A stretch of 64,000 nt of DNA from Octopus sinensis (Eukaryota): the NCBI RefSeq assembly GCF_006345805.1, contig NC_043007.1:41540001-41604000 (forward strand), given 5' to 3'. A program made the translations under genes and the position numbers. The notes beneath the pieces were generated by a model. It did not search any database. It saw nothing but the letters and a program-made list of their open reading frames with translations, and was not told the origin of the DNA. Positions 10,151 to 22,805 of this stretch are shown here, piece by piece (position 1 is the stretch's first letter; every line of letters begins with the position of its first letter).

Positions 10151-12100
10151 CATACTTTCATAAATACATAGATACAACACACATACACACACACACACAC
10201 ACAGAAAGGTGGGTGTGAGGAATATGTAGTTTTAAGGAGAGAGGGGGTAGATGGTTTTTCTGGTGTCCATTACAAAGAAACACTCACACACATACATACA
10301 TGTCTACTATACACCATTTTAAACTTGTGATTACCTGTGTGTAAGTTTGTAAATTTGTGTTTGTGTGTTTTTTGTGTGTGTGTGTGTGTGTGATTCTCAT
10401 CATCATTGTTGAACATCCACCCTCCACATGCTGGCAGGAGTTGGATGATTAGACAGGAGACAGCCAGGCAGAAATCTGCACCAAACTTCTGTCTATTTTG
10501 GCATGGTTTTTATGACTGGATGCCCTTCATAACACTAACTACTTTGCAAAGTGGACTGAGTGCTTTTTACATGGCACCAACACAGAAGAGGTCAGTTTTG
10601 GCATGGTCTTTACAGCTGGATGCCCTTCCAAATGCCAACCCATTACAGTGTGGACTGGATGCATTTTATGTGGCACCATCACTGGCAGGGTCACTAAGTA
10701 ACTTGCAAAACAATGAATCTTTGAGAGGGGAGGGAGCATTGGAGGAGGTGACCTTGTAGTGTATACATGTGTGTGTGTGTGTGTCCCCTCATCCTAGCAT
10801 CACATGAGGTTGTGAGTGTCACCATCACGCATGTAGTCATTCATTTCCAGTCTTTCATGCAAACATGTCCTGTCAAAGGGAAATATTACCTTACTTCAAC
10901 AATCAGGTGAGGGTTGGCTACAGGAAGGTCATTTGGCCATAGGAAAACTGTCTCAATAAAATCCAGTTAACTCACGCAAGAATGAAAAAGTGGACATTAA
11001 AGGACAACACTGATATATATCTATCATCATCATTTAATGTCTATGCTCCATGCTGGCATGGATTGGACAGTTTGACAAAATCCAGCAAGTCCAAGGACTC
11101 CATTTTGCTCCAATGTCTGCTTTGGAACAGTTTCTATGGCTGAATGACTTACAACATCTATCACTTTACAGCATGTGTGTGTGAGTGAGTGCATGAGTGC
11201 ATATGTAGGTATTAATGTTTAATTGCCTTGACACCACATGTCACCTTCATACAAGTTGTGTCCTTCATTTCCAACCTTCCATGAAAACATGTCTGGTCAT
11301 GGGGAAATTATTAATTTACTTGGAAACAGGTGAGGGTTGGCAACTGGAAGGGCATCCAGCCATAGAAACTCCACCTAAACAAATTACATGTAACCTGTGC
11401 AAGCATGAAAAAATGAACATTACAAAATTGATGATAATGAAACACAAAACTATGTGGCTACCTGCTTTTGCATCTCCCTGGGGCATAGTCAATCAAAATT
11501 ACAATTGTTAAAGTTTCCTCACAGGTTTGAAGGGTTAACCTCACAACATTTATGTATAAGAGGAAATTTGATGCTCACAGTGTGCAAGTCACAGAGGGGT
11601 TAGATAGAAACAATATCTTAATTGTTAAGACATTTGTCACAATAATTTCCTGTATTCTAAAGAGTTTATGTTAAGATGTTGACCTCGAAACAAGGATGGT
11701 CAATAGAACTTCTTGGATATTCAGAACTGATATTTGTTCTCAAAGTGTGAGAATGTAATCAGATACATGCGGTTATTGTATGACAAGTCTGTGTGTTTAC
11801 GTGTGTGAACTTTAGTTTATGTGAGTGTGTGCTCATGTCAATTCAGAATGTGTGTGTGCGTGTGTATGTTCCTGCTCTTAGTGCTTAAAAAAAGCAAGTT
11901 TGTTCTGTATGGAGACATTTACACACACAGACACACACACACAAAATTTATTTCTAAAATAGCCAGTGTGGCTATGAGGTAAGATATTTGCTTCCCAACC
12001 ACATGACTTGATAGGTGTCATCTACTTTAGCCTTGGGCTGACCAAAACCTTGTAAGTGGATCTGGTGGATGGTAACTAAAAGAAGCCTTTCATATATATG

Positions 12101-12410
12101 AGGTGCAATGGCCCAGTGGTTAGAGTAGTGGACTCGCGGTCGTAGGATCGCGGTTTCGATTCCCTGACCAGGCATTGTGAGTGTTTATTGAGCGAAAACA
12201 CCTAAAGCTCCACGAGGTTCCGGCAGCAGGTGGTGGTGATCCCTGCTGTACTCTTTCGCCACAACTTTCTCTCACTCTTTCTTCTGTTGGCCTGTTTGCT
12301 TAGCCAGTGTTGTGGCATCATTTGAAGGCTAAAACAATGTGAAGTGCATTGTGACCAGCGATGTGTAGCAACATCTGATAGCCTGGTCGGTCATGGTGAT
12401 CACGGTGATA
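12101..12410 (+). mobile_element. SINE family D with tRNA-derived head (A box TGGCCCAGTGG, B box GGTTTCGATTCC)
   Basis: The head recurs at 52806-53125(+) and 51596-51905(-); the body after the head is shared, so these are not tRNA genes. Confidence 0.85.
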
Positions 12411-13062
12411 TATATATATATATATACGTATTTATCAGGATCAATAAATTAAGTACTAGTGTAATCAACTAGTTTCAGGCCTTGTGCCTTTAGTAGAAAG
12501 GATTATTACTATTATTAGTGTTAGTGAGGACACATGGCCTAGTGGTTAGGCTGTTGCATTCACAATCACAAGATCATGGTTTCAGTTCCTAGATCAGGCG
12601 GCACGTTGTTCTTGAGCAAAACACTTTATCTCAGATTGCTCTGCAATCACTTTGACACCTGAGGCATGGTACACTGTACACCTGTCCAGACAATGTTGAT
12701 TTGATGGAGGGAGTGAGCTAATGTAAGCACATACATTCGATCACTATAAACGACTTGTCATTTGGTTGAACACTCATATGTTATCATCAATGGGAGAATC
12801 CATTATTATTATTATGACTAGATTATTTAGTTTCCAATATTGAAAATTCACATTCACCCACTTTAGTACAGAGATAGTTGCAATAGTGTTAATCAGTAGA
12901 AGTGGTCATGAATTGGTGGGAGAGTGAGCAACAATGTGTGTTTACAAAATATATCAGTGTAAATAAACCTTATAATGTCATTCCACTAATTTGTTGGCAG
13001 TTTTCAACAACCAACAGGTTTAGACTCAGAGAACAATCACAATATGTACATGTTCAACTTAC

Positions 13063-13127
13063 CTTTCTTTCTAATAACATGTGTTTGTTTTTTAATTCTT
13101 GGAATTCCTTTAGCAAATTACCATTTT
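13063..13127 (-). CDS. Coding exon 4: (E)NGNLLKEFQELKNKHMLLERK (start of stalk)
   Basis: Acceptor atttacag, donor AAG|GTAAGT; 65 nt, phase 1 to 0, exactly the conversion needed between the TM exon and the stalk exon. Confidence 0.88.
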
Positions 13128-13424
13128 CTGTAAATATTAAAGAGAAACAATACTTTAGAGTCCATATATATATTCTTTTCTACTCTAGGCACAAGGCCCG
13201 AAATTTTGGGGGAGGGAGCCAGTTGATTAGATCAACCTCAGTATGCAAATGGTACTTAATTTATTGACCCCAAAAGAGTCTGCTTTCCATGCTGGCATGG
13301 GTTGGATGTCTTGTCATGATCCAAGCCAGTTCTTCTTCTCTTTCAGATAACTTGGAGGATCACATTCACTTGAATATTTAATTTTTGGCTTCATTTCTGT
13401 AGCTGGATGCCCATCCTATTATCA

Positions 13425-13745
13425 CAGGTATGCGTCCACCACAAGGTCAAGACCCTGGGTGGTTAATATGTCTCAGTGACCCTGAGAGCTAAGCCAGCAA
13501 AGCACAAGCTCCTGATAAGACTTCCCATGCTAGAGAGGTCAAAGGATAGAGGCCTGACCTATAAGGACCACTTCTTCTCAGAGATAGAAATAGGTTTGCA
13601 TAAAGCCAACATTCCTACCAAGAAAAAAGCTAACTTACTGAAGCATCAATAACAGTTCAAAACTAACAAAGTCTGAGAAGGGAAGGCCCTACAACCCAGA
13701 GTTGATAACAATGGAATAAAGTCATCAATGACCTGTGTTTCATAA
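13425..13745 (+). mobile_element. Possible RTE-derived bipartite non-autonomous element
   Basis: 5' part (cccatgctagagaggtcaaagg...) and 3' part (tgtgtttcataagg...gcttaag) resemble RTE 5' and 3' UTR motifs; degenerate. Confidence 0.35.
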
Positions 13746-14089
13746 GGACCAACGGGCTTAAGCAAACATGAATGTGTGCATAAATGCATATGTATGTGGG
13801 TATGTATGTATATATGTGTGTATGAATGTATGTGGGTATGAATGTATATATATGGGTATGTATGTGTGTGGGTATGAATGTATGTGGGCATGAATGTATG
13901 TATGTATGTATGTATGTATGTATGTATGTTTGTATTCCTTTTCTCCTTTTAATCAGCTACCAACTTGGTAGTGAGGTTGTAAAGGAAAGCATCTTGTTTT
14001 AATCATCATCCTTTAAATCTTATGGTCTTGTAAATTTTTATTGCCCCAGATATTGTGATTTGATAATTAACAAAGAAACAATTATTTAC

Positions 14090-14289
14090 CTTTTGGTTCA
14101 TTTAAAAGGATGACAGTTGTGATAGCAATTAATGAGAGGAGAACAACAGCAACAACCAGGGTGAAGGCCACGCGGAGACAATGGAATTGTTTATAGATGG
14201 ACTCATTTGGAGGGAGTTTAAATTGATTATCATTCTGGTTCAAACCAGTCTTGCACACAGCTTCATATAATGGGTTTACTCTTTTACGA
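14090..14289 (-). CDS. Coding exon 3: RKRVNPLYEAVCKTGLNQNDNQFKLPPNESIYKQFHCLR-VAFTLVVAVVLLSLIAITTVILL-NEPK (juxtamembrane tail and single TM helix)
   Basis: Acceptor ttttgtctttcag (14292-14290), donor AAG|GTAAAT; 200 nt, phase 2 to 1; 23-residue hydrophobic segment preceded by a basic residue. The ORF track's M at 14300 is a TTG inside the acceptor. Confidence 0.9.
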
Positions 14290-14736
14290 CTGAAAGACAA
14301 AAGAATAACTGCTGGAGAAATTGTTAGGCAACAGATGTACTGGGAATCATTATCACCCTTAGCACTGTTTTATTTTTCATTTTTATTTTTCTTGCTGATA
14401 AGGTCTCACTATCTATCATATTTCAGAATAAAATTAGAAAACACACATACAGAACAAAAAAAAAGAAAAAAAAAAGACTTAGCACAATGATAAAGATTGG
14501 AGGCATTCTCTGTTCTTGGTTTCAGAAGAATAATTTGATCTGAAATTTATCAAAAAGTTTGATATGCTTTGTTATCCTTTCACATCTTCCTGAAGCTGAA
14601 ACAACTATTAAACACACTGCTATCCCCAGCACCTCCAACAGTATGCTATACATACAAGTGAACTTCTGAATGGCTGGGTGTAATTATATTGATGAAGAGT
14701 CTGTATAAACTTGTGTCAGATATATAGAATAGGAGA

Positions 14737-15195
14737 TCATCATCATCATCGTTTGACGTCAGCTCTCCATGCTAGCATGGGTTGGACGATTTGACTGAGG
14801 TCTGGTGAACCAGATGGTTGCACCAGACTCCAATCTGATCTGGCAGAGTTTCTACAGTTGGATGCCCTTCCTAACACCAACCACTCCGAGAGTGTAGTGG
14901 GTGCTTTTACATGCCACTGGCACGGGGCCGGTTAGGCGGTACTGGTATTGGCCATGCTCAAATGGTGCTTTTTATGTGCCACCTGCACAGGAGCCAGTCC
15001 AGCGGCACTGGCAACGACCTCGCTCGAATGGTTTTTCATGTGCCACCAGTACAAGTGCCAGTAAGGCGATGCAGGTAACGATCACGCTCGAATGGTGCTT
15101 TTTACGTGCCATCAGCACGGAGGCCAGCTTGTTCCTCAGGCAATGATCACGCTTGAATGGTACTCTTAGCGCTCCACTAGCACGGATGCCAGTCA
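14737..15195 (-). mobile_element. Retroposon family C with 4-5 degenerate internal repeats of about 50-55 bp
   Basis: Repeated ...gctcgaatggtgctttttacgtgccacc... units. Confidence 0.85.
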
Positions 15196-15959
15196 TGTAC
15201 CATATTTTCTGGAAAACAGTCAATGTAGTACATAGTGTAAACATGGAAACATCGTCACTATCTTTCCAAATCCTGCTGCATTTCACATGGAAATTTTGGT
15301 CCTCCAAAGTTGTTTTGGTGTACAAGTCAACCTATCATTCTTGGCAACAAATTTTGGTTTGAAAAGTTCAACTTGTATGCCAAAAAATGGGGTATAGCAG
15401 TGTAAGCATAGCATTACAGATATGTGGTATTGCTGGTTATGGCTATGTAGTCCTACAGATATGTGGTGCAATAGTTGTATAGCTCAACAGATGTGAGAGA
15501 CACAAGAAATGAAATAATATACCAAATGCATGGGAACACCAGATGTATAGCACATCAGTTGACATAAGATGTATTTCACAACAGATATGTGACATCAGAT
15601 GTCTGGGAAGAATACTTGAGAGCAGAAATGTGAAGTAAGAGTGGAATTTTATTGTCAGCCACACAGATTAAAGTACACAGGTTTGTGTTTTTAGTTCAAC
15701 ACAATGCATTACAGAAACACTTCATCACACAGTGTTTCCACTATTTACAGAAGTAAACTGTGCCTCCCCACAGTATCTTTTACCTATTTCATGGTTAAGT
15801 AGACTATTGCATCAATGAGAGGATGTGGACCATGTGCCTTTTATCCATGCATACACATATATATATACATAGATGCATGCACAAACACATGGATGCATAT
15901 ACATACACTACTTACAAGTTCAGAAGAACAAAGACAAAAAGAAGACATCTATTTCTTAC

Positions 15960-16067
15960 CTGGATTCTGAATGTGATTGTGATTGGTTCTCCTCTTCATT
16001 TGGAATGTCTGACGAGGAATTAAATGTTGGTCTACCAAGCTGGGAATCATCACGGGAATAAGATGGC
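15960..16067 (-). CDS. Coding exon 2: PSYSRDDSQLGRPTFNSSSDIPNEEENQSQSHSES (Ser/acidic cytoplasmic segment)
   Basis: Acceptor cttaactcccag, donor CAG|GTAAGA; 108 nt, phase 2-2, open in the required frame. Confidence 0.85.
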
Positions 16068-16284
16068 CTGGGAGTTAAGATGAAAAAAGAAAATACAAAA
16101 AAGATAAATATACTTGTTTTTTTTTTTTAATTAATTTACAAAGAAGAGAGAGAAATCAAAGTTGAATGGTTATTTATAGCAACGGCTCCTTAATTGTTGT
16201 TATAAATAACCATTTTATCAATCAATTATATCTAATTATCATCCAAAGTATAATAAAGAATATTACTTCCTTAGAAATATTCAT

Positions 16285-16697
16285 AGGTGCAGGAGTGGCT
16301 GTGTAGTAAGCAGCTTGCTTACCAGCCACATGGTTCTGGGTTCAGTCCTGCTGCATGGCACCTTGGGCAAGTGTCTTCTACTATAGCCTCGGGCTGACCA
16401 AAGCCTTGTCAGTGGATTTGGTAGACAGAAACTGAAGGAAGCCCATTGAATACATGTATATTTGTATGTGTGTGTATATGTTCGTGTGTCTGTGTTTGAC
16501 CCCGCCCCACCAACATCACATGACAACCGATGGTGGTGTGCTTACATCCCCGTAACTTAGCGGTTCTGCAAAAGAGACAGATACAATAAGTACTAGGCTT
16601 ACAAAGAATAAGTCCTGGGGTCGATTTGCTTGACTAAAAGCAGTGCTCCAGCATGGCTGCAGTCAAATGACTGAAACAAGTAAAAGAGTCAAGAGAG
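16285..16697 (+). mobile_element. SINE family A, full-length copy
   Basis: ggtgcaggagtggctgtg...ggttcagtcc...gactgaaacaagtaaaagag; A- and B-box-like head. Confidence 0.9.
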
Positions 16698-18000
16698 TAT
16701 ATCATATCACAAATCAACAGTCACTTATCTAATGCTTCACAGAACTGTCAGCTCTCAGCCAAATATTATTAAAAATTGATTATTTTTTTCACATAATTTT
16801 ATGATTCACCTAGAGATTATCAGTAACATACTGATATGTTTCAACACACCCAGAGATTATTGGTAACAGTGTCATGACATACCTAAACATCAGAGTATAA
16901 TTGCACAAGTATGCCCCACTGACTGTTTCCTCCTAACTTTCAGAAAGATTGGATATTTTTCAAGGAAATTTTCCATAAATACCTTTCAGATAGTGTAGAT
17001 TCCAATTACACTGGAATTTACTGGGAAAACCTTTTGGAGGTGGGCATAGAGAGGAGTTTCAGCTAATTCACACAAATCAACCTTGTTTCTTCTTTTATCA
17101 TTGTCTATTTATTTCATTCATTAAGATTGCAGCCATGCTGGGGCACCACTTCATAACTTTTAGAAAAATTAGTACATTTCTAGTGAAATTTTCTACAAAA
17201 TACCTTTCAAATGGTGTAAATTACAATTATATCAGAAGTTAATATGAAGAAAAAAAAGAATTGCTGAGTGCACAAGCATATACAGTTTTCTCGAACTTTT
17301 AAGTTTCATTTTGTAGATATATATGATGCCTCAGTAAGTAAGCCCACCTGTTTGTTTCATATCAAATTCTGATATAATTATAATCTACATCATCTGAACG
17401 GTATTTGTAGAAAATTTCATTAAAAATATCTATTTTTCTGTAAGTTAAGAGGAAACAGGCTCAAGGAGCGCACACTTATGTGGGTATGCCAACATCAATG
17501 ATACACTGAAATGTCACAACACTGTAGGAGATTATTGGCAACACCCTAAAGTGTCATAACACCCTAGAGATTAGTAGCAACACACTAGTTGTCCTACTAA
17601 AGTGTTGCTACATACAGTTTAGAAACTTCTTCTTCAGATTTATTGAGTTCTAATCTAACAGAGGAACAGAAAGGCAATGAGGTCATCAGATAAGCAATAT
17701 GTACAAGATTTTGAGTCCTATCAATGACATTGTTGTTCAAATTTATGAGCCAAAATGTGCCACCTCAGTCATTCAATTTGCTAGAAATAACAGTCAAATC
17801 TGTCAAAACCCATCCTAACCATATTAGTTAACATAGGCCTAGATACTTTCAGCAAAAACAGACTGTTCATGGCTGTAATATCTTTGATCATAGGTCAACA
17901 GGATTAAGAATCTAGGTTGAACGAAAAACAATCCTTTCCAATTTTCTTCAATCACTTTTTTTTTTTTTGCAACATTGAAACCTATAAAAGAGTTACTTAC

Positions 18001-18133
18001 GTTTGTATAGGGACCTCTTCATACTGATGTGAAGGGTAGTCAGCATAGTCGTAATGAAAGGGACGAGGGGAACAAGATCTTGGAATTTGCATGGGAAACT
18101 CTCCACTGCCACTGTTCTCTAGATCACCAATAC
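18001..18133 (-). CDS. Most upstream supportable coding exon: IGDLENSGSGEFP-MQIPRSCSPRPFHYDYADYPSHQYEEVPIQ(T); possible start Met at 18092
   Basis: Acceptor ttttttgatttccatag, donor AC|GTAAGT; 133 nt, phase 1 to 2, open throughout. The true start (18092 or an unseen upstream exon) is unresolved. Confidence 0.82.
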
Positions 18134-19852
18134 CTATGGAAATCAAAAAATAAATAAAATTAGGGTTCAGGTTGAGTAGTTTATACAGAGTGCAAGTAAA
18201 ATAACTACCATATTTGAAAACCAAAACTGAAGTAAAGCAAATACCAATTAAACAAGTCGTTCTCATCATCATCAACATCATCACCTTTGCCAACACCACA
18301 ACTTGGATGGGTTATCATAGTCCAAGTCATTTTTATTTGGAGTTACCACTCATCTAGATGGATTGGAGGACTGTCTTGCACATATTTCATTTTGGTTTGT
18401 ATTGTTCAAACTCCTTTCTAACACCAGCCACTTTACATAGAGTATTTGGTGCATTTTGTCATGACGCCAGTATGAGAGATGTTGAAATGTCCTCAACAAG
18501 ATTAAGGGTCCTCTCAAATTTATATCATCTCCACTCATTTGTCAAGGACTTCACAGAGTGTACTGACTGCATTTTAATGTGATACCAGCACTAGTGAGGT
18601 TGCCTTGTAGCCTCCAAGACCAAAAGGTGTAATCATCATCACCGTCATTGTTTTAACATCCATTTTTCCATGCTTTCATGGGTTAGATGGAATTTTATTG
18701 AAGCACATTTTCTATAGCTGGATGCCCTTCCTGTTGCCAACTGTTTCCAAGCAAGGTAATATTTCCCCCTGTCTTGACATGTTTTCACAGAACTTTGGAA
18801 ACAAACAACACTGCTTCTATGACAGTGACACTTGCTTACAACTATCATGTGATGTCAAGACAAGGAGACACACACACACACACACACAAAGGGCTTTTTT
18901 CAGTTTCCATTTACCAAATTCACTAATAAGGCTCTGATCAGCCTAAAACTATAATAAAAGTAGTATGTCTCTATAGATGAAGGCAGTGATTGGTAGAACT
19001 ATTAGCACATTGGTAAAAAATGCTTAACAGTATTTCTTCTAGCTCTGTGTACGGAGTTCAAATTCCATCGAGGCTGACCTCACCTTTTATCTTTTCAAAG
19101 TGGATAAAATAGGTATTAGTTGAGCACTAGAACCAATGTAATCAGACCTCTCACTAAAATTTCAAACCTTGTACTTAGAGCAAAAAGCATGTCTCCATAT
19201 TTTCTCTCTCTCTCTCACACTTACAAAATGCAAGATAGACTGAGGAGTGTCCTCTGCTTTTTCAGCTGTTATTCAGAGTTACTGCTACCCTACACAGGGA
19301 GCTAGTAATGCAACTTACAAAGTTCATATCAGGTTCATACATTCAGTTTTCCTTATCTACCAGCAAGTAAATAAATAATTATAAAATAATTACAAAGAAA
19401 TATTTCTAGCATCGCCCTAAAAACAATTTTTGGAGGACCAGCAAAGGGGAATGTGGTCACTTGACTTGCTTAGGTATAGCAGGGAAATCACCCTCAAATC
19501 AAACCATGCCATCTTAAATAAAGAAGCATGGATGAGAAAATTTCTGGAATACATCTGATTATATATCTGTTTGATCAAGATTGACCTGAAGCTAAACAGC
19601 AGCAATAACATACAACTATTTTGGAGCAGTAATCCAAAATTGAAACACTATCTTAATCTTTTATCGGTTAACCCTGCAAGCTTGTTACCCCTTCAAGTTT
19701 AAAGACCCACAATTATTTTATAAGAATTTATAAAGAAATATTTCCTTATATGGAATAAATTAAGATTATAGCTGGCACAATGATTTTTACTCCCAGTTAC
19801 CTCAAAGGTCACAAATCTCTGCCTGTATTCTCTCTCACATATGTACACATAT

Positions 19853-19883
<31 letters not shown>

Positions 19884-20996
19884 TGCAAGCATGCACACAC
19901 ACACATGCACACGTGCACACACACATACACCTGTTACCACTGAAACAACAGGAACTGTGGCTAATTCTCGCTTAGGGCTAATTATAACTAACTGTAACAA
20001 TACCCAGAAATAAATGGGTAGGGATTAAGCACATCCTGTAGAGGAGAAGGAATTAAGAAATGAAATCAAGTTATAAGAACAATGGCAATGATAACAAAAT
20101 GGCATGTTCTTTATTTGTCATAAGGGCAACCAACAACACAACAACACTTTAAAATACAAGCAGCAGAATGCAAGAAAATTTCTATACAAACAGATGGAAG
20201 AAAAGAGATGCAAACACACACAAAAACACACTCTCATTCACTTTTTTTATCATGCATATACTCTCTCTCTCTCTCTCTCATTCACATACACACTCACTTT
20301 CTCTCTCTCTCACACCGACTGTCTCACACACAAACTCACACTCTCCTACACACTCTCTCTCTCTCTCTCTCACATACACAGTCTCTGATATGCACATACT
20401 CTCATATGCACAAGCCCTCTCATACATACACACGCTCAGTCACAAAATAATAAATATGGATATTTTCAAAAAAAAAATTGAATCTGTTCAAAGGAGGAGG
20501 GACAGTGCTTATGATCCATCCAAGCTGCCCAATCCCACCTGAGATTAATTGATATAATTCATACCCAACCTCAATACTGAACATTCTTGCAAGATAGATG
20601 TTTAAAATTAAAATGCAAGAGAGATAAAGCTTATAAAATTAGCCAAGAAAACACTATGGAAAATATAGCTGAAGATAGGATTGGATTTCATCTTTAAAGC
20701 CAACTAGTGAAAACAATGGACATGTTTTAACATATTTTGTTGTTGTATTTCAGTTGTTTCTTCCATCAGTTTTGAAAATAATGAAGAATTTAATAATTCT
20801 GAGGTGCTGGTGTGGCTGTAAGGTAAAGAAGTTTCCTTCCCAACCATGTGGATTCAGGTTCAAACCGACTATGTGGCACTTTAACCAAGTGTTTTTTACT
20901 ATAGCCCCAGGCCAACCAAAACTGAGAGTGGATTTATTAGAGAAACTGAAAGAAGTCCATTGTGTGTGTGTGTGTGTCTATATATATATATATATA

Positions 20997-21450
20997 TCAT
21001 CATCATCATCATCATCATTTAGCGTCCGTTTTCCATGCTAGCATGGGTTGGACGGTTCAACTGGGGTCTGGGGAGCCCGAAGGCTGCACCAGGCCAGTCA
21101 GATCTGGCAGTGTTTCTACAGCTGGATGCCCTTCCTAACGCCAACCACTCCGAGAGTGTAGTGGGTGATTTTATGTGCCACCGACACAGGTGCCAGACGA
21201 GGCTGGCGAACGGCCACGCTCGGATGGTGTTTATATGTGCCACCGACACAGGTGCCAGACGAGGCTGGCAGACGGCCACGCTCGGATGGTGTTTTTATGT
21301 GCCACCGACACAGGTGCCAGATGAGGCTGGCGGACGGCCACGATCAGATGGTGTTTGTTACGTCCCCAAAGCACGGAGGCCAGTCTATGCGGTACTGGCT
21401 ACGGCCACGTTCGGATGATTTTCTTGTGTGCCACCGGCACTGGTACCACA
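20997..21450 (-). mobile_element. Retroposon family C (GAT/CAT-microsatellite tail, ggaagggcatccagctgtagaaa motif) with three internal 62-bp repeats
   Basis: tgtgccaccgacacaggtgccaga at 21174, 21236 and 21298. Other copies at about 10395-10760, 14737-15195, 18260-18880, 26041-26320, 32220-32720, 34880-35135, 38085-38320, 50325-50606 and 52360-52630. Confidence 0.85.
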
Positions 21451-21504
21451 AAGATACAAATTCCATTGATGTTCATCTATTTTGATTTGTTTTGATTTGA
21501 TTTG

Positions 21505-21594
<90 letters not shown>

Positions 21595-21999
21595 TGTGTG
21601 TTTGTCTTGACATTGCATGATAGTCATAAACGAGTGTCATCATGATTGAAGCAATGTTATTTATTTCCAGTCTTCCATGAAAAACGTCTCACCATGGGGA
21701 AATGTTACCTTGCTTGGAAATGTGTGAGGGTTAGCAATAGGAAAGGCATCAAGTCATAGAAAATCCACCTCAATAAACTCTGTCCAACCCATGCAAGTAT
21801 GGAAAAGTAGATGATAAAACAATGATGATGTTGATGGTGATGATGAGTAGAATGACAGGTCATTATTAATCTGATACCCCAAAACATAAATTAACATGGA
21901 ATTTTGACATAAGGCTTTAATTCTGATCATTTTAAAACAGGAAATTTGTATCAGAGAACCAGAAGCAGTCTCAGGCAGGTTGGTATCAAAAGAGTTACA

Positions 22000-22500
22000 T
22001 GTTATTAGATGTCTTCCGTTCAACATATTCTACTCAGTTGATAAATCCAGAGATACAGAGAGAGAGATGTGGAAGAGATTGTTATAAAGGCAACGCCACT
22101 TATGAACATCAGGCCATCAAAAACCTAGATCACATCGCTGCTTTTATCAACCCCAGGTAACAGTAAAACTTGCATGATTTTCTCCAAATAAAACTGAAGA
22201 GTTAGAATTCATTCATATGTACCAAAAATTACAACTACTTATTGTCACAAGAATGCTCTGATGAACTTTCTTAGTTCCAGATCACTTCGTGCCATCTTGC
22301 CTGATTTGAAACTCACAGCATCTTCATCCAAATGCAGCTGTGCTTCCACTAATAAGGAACTGCCAGACTTTGGAACACTCTTCCATCACAGTTTTCCACC
22401 TCCTTGTGACATGAACTCTTTCAAACTAAAGTAAATTCATTTCTTTCATCTTAATTTCTCCTTTATAGTCCCTTACATGTAGTGGCCTCTTGCCTTGTTT
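22000..22500 (+). mobile_element. Degenerate 3' end of CR1/Jockey-group LINE
   Basis: agactttggaacactcttcc...ttttccacctccttgtgacatgaactctttcaaac resembles the LWNxLP..FP..YD.NSFK C-terminal motif; many stops and indels. Confidence 0.45.
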
Positions 22501-22565
22501 GAGACTTTCTTATGAAAAACAATAATTGCAACAGTATAAGAGCACAAATTTAGATAGGCTGATAT

Positions 22566-22597
<32 letters not shown>

Positions 22598-22624
22598 ATT
22601 ATTATCTTCAATGATATCTTGTAA

Positions 22625-22805
22625 TTCAATTTCTTGTGTTCTTTGAATTTTTTCCCAGTGCACCAATCACGATGGATACCACACTCATTCTTGAGGCTCT
22701 ATGAATATGTTCCACTTCAAATGTCAGGTCTTGATATCTTTCAACAGTTTCGTTCTCTGTCTTTACAACATTTTGATCAGCAGGTACCACTGTACCAATG
22801 AGGAC
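22625..22805 (-). mobile_element. Fragment of restriction-like endonuclease domain of an R4/Dong-type (RLE) non-LTR retrotransposon
   Basis: Translates LIGTVVPADQNVVKTENETVERYQDLTFEVEHIHRASRMSVVSIVIGALG, matching the D..VP.D......E.EK..KY.DL...I......V.PIVIGALG pattern. Confidence 0.75.

Noticed and set aside
12101-12175. tRNA-like sequences (also at about 52806 and 51830-51905)
   Set aside because: A and B boxes are present, but there is no proper cloverleaf or acceptor stem and each continues into a shared SINE body.
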